Assembly (NCBI GenBank): GCA_031416075.1
Contig: JANOSY010000030.1
Location: 1 to 11,184, forward strand
Reading direction: 5' to 3'
Length of the DNA: 11,184 nucleotides
From: Candidatus Tenderia sp.
GTDB taxonomy: Bacteria > Pseudomonadota > Gammaproteobacteria > Tenderiales > Tenderiaceae
Part shown: positions 8,290-11,184 of the stretch, one piece after another
How positions within the stretch are numbered: the first letter of the stretch is position 1
Layout: each line of letters opens with the position of its first letter
Program-made: the position numbers and the translations under genes
The notes under the pieces: generated by a model
Seen by the model: only the letters and a program-made list of their open reading frames with translations
What the model was told of the DNA's origin: nothing
The model's database searches: none

Positions 8290-9193
8290 GTTGCTGCATG
8301 CCGATGATCTTGCACTGATCGAACTCTTTCAGGACAACCTCTGGGTTGAGCGTGGCGTAAGTGACAATACCCTCAGTGCCTACAGCAGTGATCTGCGTGG
8401 TTTGGCTGAGATGCTGGCGGCGACCTCGGCGCGCCGTTTGCAGGATGCGCAGCGCAGTGATCTGCTGGCCTACCTTGCAGCGCGGGTAAAAGGGGGGGCG
8501 CAACCACGTACCACCGCACGACTACTCTCTTCAGTGCGCCGGTTTTACCGTTACCTGTTGCGCGAAGGGCGGATAGAGGAGGATCCCAGTGCGCTGATTG
8601 AGGCACCCAAACTGGGGCGTTCACTGCCAAAATCCCTGACCGAAAGTGATGTTGAGTCGCTGTTGGCGGTGCCGAAGGTAGGCGATGCGCTGGGTTTGAG
8701 AGACCGTGCGATGCTGGAGCTGCTGTACGCCTGTGGCCTGCGTGTTTCAGAGCTGGTGGGTTTGACGCAGGCAGAGGTGAGTCTGACTCAGGGTGTGGTG
8801 CGCATCTTTGGCAAGGGTGGCAAGGAGCGCCTGGTACCGATGGGGGAGGAGAGTATCGAATGGCTGGAGCGATACCTGCGTCAGGCGCGTGCCGAGCTGT
8901 TGGGCGTCCATCGTAGCGAAGCACTGTTTGTCACCCGCCGTGGCGACCTGATGACTCGACAGGCCTTCTGGTATCTGATTAAACGTTATGCACTGGAAGC
9001 GGGAATCCACAAACCGATCTCCCCCCATACACTGCGCCATGCATTTGCCACCCATCTGCTGAACCATGGCGCTGATCTGCGTGTATTGCAGATGTTGCTG
9101 GGCCATAGTGATCTGTCAACAACACAGATCTACACCCATGTAGCGCGAGAGCGGCTTAAATCAATGCATGCCCAGCACCATCCCCGTGGTTGA
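8276..9193 (+). CDS. xerD: Site-specific tyrosine recombinase XerD
   Basis: LWVERGVSDNTLSAY, LRDRAMLELLYACGLRVSELV, GKGGKERLVP, MTRQAFW, SPHTLRHAFATHLLNHGADLR, LGHSDLSTTQIYTHV and C-terminal HHPRG. Confidence 0.97.
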   Translation: MPRSELLHADDLALIELFQDNLWVERGVSDNTLSAYSSDLRGLAEMLAATSARRLQDAQRSDLLAYLAARVKGGAQPRTTARLLSSVRRFYRYLLREGRIEEDPSALIEAPKLGRSLPKSLTESDVESLLAVPKVGDALGLRDRAMLELLYACGLRVSELVGLTQAEVSLTQGVVRIFGKGGKERLVPMGEESIEWLERYLRQARAELLGVHRSEALFVTRRGDLMTRQAFWYLIKRYALEAGIHKPISPHTLRHAFATHLLNHGADLRVLQMLLGHSDLSTTQIYTHVARERLKSMHAQHHPRG

Positions 9194-9200
9194 ACGGCTC

Positions 9201-9731
9201 CTATAATGATGGGTTTCTGAAACACCAGTGCCACGGTTCGTACTGATAACCAGCACTATTGCCCACGGGGTATGAGAGGTAGTAGCCAAAGCTGGCGGCG
9301 TGTGCGGTCAGCCAGGCACAGGCGTTGGTCTGTTCAAACTCTATCTCAAGGGCGCGACTCCCCGGTGTTGTGACATCGATGGCCTGCCCCGTATGGTGCT
9401 CGCTGAAACCGGGTGGGGCGGATAGGGTCAGAATCTCTTCGATGGTCGCCCCTGCGTCGACTTTTTGGCGAATAATGGCAGCTTGGCGATCGATGCTCCT
9501 AAAGGCCGAGACGATGAGTAGCGAGACGTTATCATTGTGTGCGGCACTTTTGAGCCGCTGCCAAGCCTTAGTGGCGGCAGGGGTGAGCAGATGCTCCCGG
9601 CCATCGGTACCAACGTCGGCAACCTCCAGGGTGGTCGCCTCGTCACAAACGGACAGGCCACGGGCAGCGATCCATTCGTTCGAGATTCCCAGCGACTGGT
9701 TCAGCGCGGCGAGGGCCGGTCTGATGATCAT
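9201..9731 (-). CDS. M15B (VanY-like) Zn-dependent D-alanyl-D-alanine carboxypeptidase family protein
   Basis: SAFRS, SEHHTGQAID (SxHxxGxAxD) and YEPWHW (ExxH) motifs. ATG 9731 lies 6 nt after GGAGG (9738-9742), so it is preferred over GTG 9737. Confidence 0.9.
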   Translation of the reverse strand: MIIRPALAALNQSLGISNEWIAARGLSVCDEATTLEVADVGTDGREHLLTPAATKAWQRLKSAAHNDNVSLLIVSAFRSIDRQAAIIRQKVDAGATIEEILTLSAPPGFSEHHTGQAIDVTTPGSRALEIEFEQTNACAWLTAHAASFGYYLSYPVGNSAGYQYEPWHWCFRNPSL

Positions 9732-9770
9732 CTGCACCCTCCGTTGTGGCTAACTGCAAAACTGGCTCGG

Positions 9771-10841
9771 TTACTCTCCCAGCGCCATATCGATCAAGCT
9801 GTTTCGCAGCTCTTTTTTGAGTGTAAATTCGCTCTTCTCAAGCACACGACGCAACGCGGCGTCCCCGTTAATGCCCGAGACCTCAACTACCCATTGGGTG
9901 TGGCTACGTTCTCTGTTCTGCTTGTCTGATAGTTTCAGTTTAATGGTGCCCTGGCCAAGTGCCCAGCCCCCCTTTTCGCCAACCACCGCGCTGTCGACGG
10001 TAGCGCTGATTGTGTAATCGGCCTGTCTCTCTTTGCTGGGTTTCAGGTCGGCGATGGCCAGGGCGTTATTCAGGGCGTTGCCCAGCAGTTCGGCATTGGC
10101 ATCTCCAGCCACGCCTGATGGATAGATTTTAAGGCCCATCAGCTGGTTGTTGATATCCTGTTGCAGGGCATCCAGCGGCCAGCGTGGCTCAATACCCCGG
10201 CGGGTCAGATCAACCTCTCTCATCGACTGCTGCAACGTGCCGCGTAGTTGCTGGGCGCGCCATGCAAGTGCGGTTTGTCCCATTCTGGTGAGCGGATCTT
10301 TGCTCTCTTTGGCTGTCTTGAGAAATGTCTTGGTCCTGCCATCAAGCATCTCTATCTGGCTGCGCAGGTAACCCAGGCCGCTGTTGCGTGGCAGGGCCGC
10401 GAGAACGTAATGGGTATTGCTGCTGCTGTCGTACCACTGGTCAACAACCTCAATTTTGCCAAGGATGCGTTCGATCTCCGGCGCAGCGCTGGTCATGGAG
10501 TCCTCGGTTTGAAAGGTGCGGTTGATCTTATAGCCGCCACTGACCTCCGCCTGCCGTTCTGATATGTCGTATTGGGCCAGATCGACCATAAACATACGGC
10601 TTATATTAGTGTTGAGCTGCTGCGTAGCTGCCTCAACACTGTCGGCCTGGGCACGGCTGGTGATGTAGTCGAGACGTGGATAGGTTTTACTCTCACCACT
10701 CACCCACTCAGGTTGCAACTGGGTGGTATCACCATGTTTACCGCTGCTGTTTGATGCAAAACCCGCATTGCCAGCCGTACTGGCGCAGCCACTGCACAAA
10801 ATGGTAACTAAAAGGATGCCCCCGGTTAGTACTTTAATCAT
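9771..10841 (-). CDS. Lipoprotein, LPP20-like N-terminal region, function unknown
   Basis: ATG 10841 follows an AGGGGAG RBS; signal peptide MIKVLTGGILLVTILCSG|C with a lipobox-like Cys, then a Ser/Gly linker and PEWV motif as in LPP20-type lipoproteins. Family call is from recall. Confidence 0.7.
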   Translation of the reverse strand: MIKVLTGGILLVTILCSGCASTAGNAGFASNSSGKHGDTTQLQPEWVSGESKTYPRLDYITSRAQADSVEAATQQLNTNISRMFMVDLAQYDISERQAEVSGGYKINRTFQTEDSMTSAAPEIERILGKIEVVDQWYDSSSNTHYVLAALPRNSGLGYLRSQIEMLDGRTKTFLKTAKESKDPLTRMGQTALAWRAQQLRGTLQQSMREVDLTRRGIEPRWPLDALQQDINNQLMGLKIYPSGVAGDANAELLGNALNNALAIADLKPSKERQADYTISATVDSAVVGEKGGWALGQGTIKLKLSDKQNRERSHTQWVVEVSGINGDAALRRVLEKSEFTLKKELRNSLIDMALGE

Positions 10842-10934
10842 AATATTCTCCCCTCTGGTCTGGCTGGCACCGCGTAGCGAGTGGGTCCCCACCCAGTTCG
10901 CCCGGCTGAACGATGTGTTCTTTTAAGTGCAACC

Positions 10935-10963
10935 AACATAAGTGTAATAGTGCTGCTGGTCAA
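10935..10963 (-). promoter_or_regulatory. Sigma70 promoter for the lipoprotein gene
   Basis: Minus strand TTGACC (10963-10958), 17 bp spacer, TATGTT (10940-10935); predicted start site near 10928. Confidence 0.6.
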
Positions 10964-11047
10964 CTAAAAGGCGTACTGCTTATGGAGGAGGGATGTTTCG
11001 GTCTGGTGGTAGAGGGGAAATCATCATGCGGCGCAAACGACCCAGAA

Positions 11048-11184
11048 TTAAGTTACCCCCGGCAAAGCCGGGGGTTTATCTTTATTAGCCCCTCAAAGGG
11101 GCAAAAACATGAAGCGCCTGAAGGCGCTGACTCACATACCTAACTTGAGCTGATCGTAATGAGCATCTTCTTTGTCTTGATTTC
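11048..11184 (-). mobile_element. Right end of an IS200/IS605-family element; continues beyond the window end
   Basis: TnpA C-terminus followed by three hairpins: AGCGCC-TGAA-GGCGCT (11113-11128), GCCCCT-CAA-AGGGGC (11088-11102) and subterminal ACCCCCGGC-AAA-GCCGGGGGT (11055-11075). Exact boundary uncertain by a few nt. Confidence 0.8.
11132..11184 (-). CDS. tnpA: IS200/IS605-family HUH (Y1) transposase TnpA, C-terminal 17 codons (partial)
   Basis: Manual translation (R)NQDKEDAHYDQLKLGM*, resembling the 'YI.NQ..ED...DQL.L' tail following the catalytic Tyr of IS200 TnpA. Confidence 0.8.
   Translation of the reverse strand, partial: NQDKEDAHYDQLKLGM

Noticed and set aside
8276-9193. Tyrosine recombinase as a phage integrase or integron integrase IntI serving the neighbouring cassette-like gene
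   Set aside because: It has XerD-specific motifs (MTRQAFW, LLNHGADLR, HHPRG), is about 305 aa, and lacks the IntI-specific insertion; it is housekeeping XerD.
9202-9207. TATAAT on the plus strand after xerD as an antisense promoter
   Set aside because: No -35 at proper spacing; it coincides with the peptidase's last codons and stop.
9748-9777. Complete attC site formed by GTAAC...GTTAG between the lipoprotein and peptidase genes
   Set aside because: Only about 25-30 bp, far shorter than functional attC sites, and without L boxes.
10850-10915. Known riboswitch (c-di-GMP-I or ZTP) in the lipoprotein leader
   Set aside because: Lacks the GCAAA/GAAA-tetraloop-receptor architecture and second stem of c-di-GMP-I, and the 3' CGCCUGGGC element of ZTP; kept only as an unclassified candidate.
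309-10926. Numerous short overlapping or antisense ORFs in the track (e.g. 6227-6895, 8373-8924, 2822-3244, 9325-9753)
   Set aside because: Shadow frames of well-supported genes, with no motifs or RBS support.
10931-10958. dif-like site (AACCAACATAA-GTGTAA-TAGTGCTGCTG) near xerD
   Set aside because: About 8/11 match to the E. coli XerD arm but only about 4/11 to the XerC arm; better explained as the -10 and spacer of the lipoprotein promoter.
11055-11128. CRISPR or REP array
   Set aside because: The three hairpins differ in sequence and have no repeat-spacer periodicity; they are explained by the IS200 right end.
10913-11143. 76-aa plus-strand ORF
   Set aside because: Runs antisense across the promoter and IS200 hairpins with no recognisable motif; likely spurious.
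1-11184. Composite transposon carrying the ffh-rplS-xerD block
   Set aside because: The flanking elements are of different families with incompatible mechanisms (DDE versus HUH), and the cargo is syntenic core genome.

Overview
Gammaproteobacterial-type chromosomal segment centred on the conserved ffh / rpsP-rimM-trmD-rplS locus. On the left lie divergent ypjD (CcsA-like) and a corB/yfjD (CNNM/DUF21) gene. The latter is cut at about codon 169 by an IS5-family element whose terminal repeat and transposase N-terminus occupy 1-141; the transposase is missing from the ORF track. A class II cyclic-nucleotide phosphodiesterase-like MBL gene sits between ypjD and ffh. On the right are a secreted TPR-like hypothetical gene, ogt and xerD. 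Convergent with them are a VanY-like M15B D,D-carboxypeptidase (with integron-cassette-like traces) and an LPP20-like lipoprotein with a clear sigma70 promoter and a possibly structured leader of about 85 nt. The window ends in the 3' end and right-end hairpins of an IS200/IS605-family element, also absent from the ORF track. Most of the window is core genome and I see no clearly new multi-gene system. The best leads are the two IS insertions, the PDE inserted in the ypjD-ffh interval, the candidate leader RNA and the cassette-like peptidase gene. Family assignments are from recognised motifs, not database searches.
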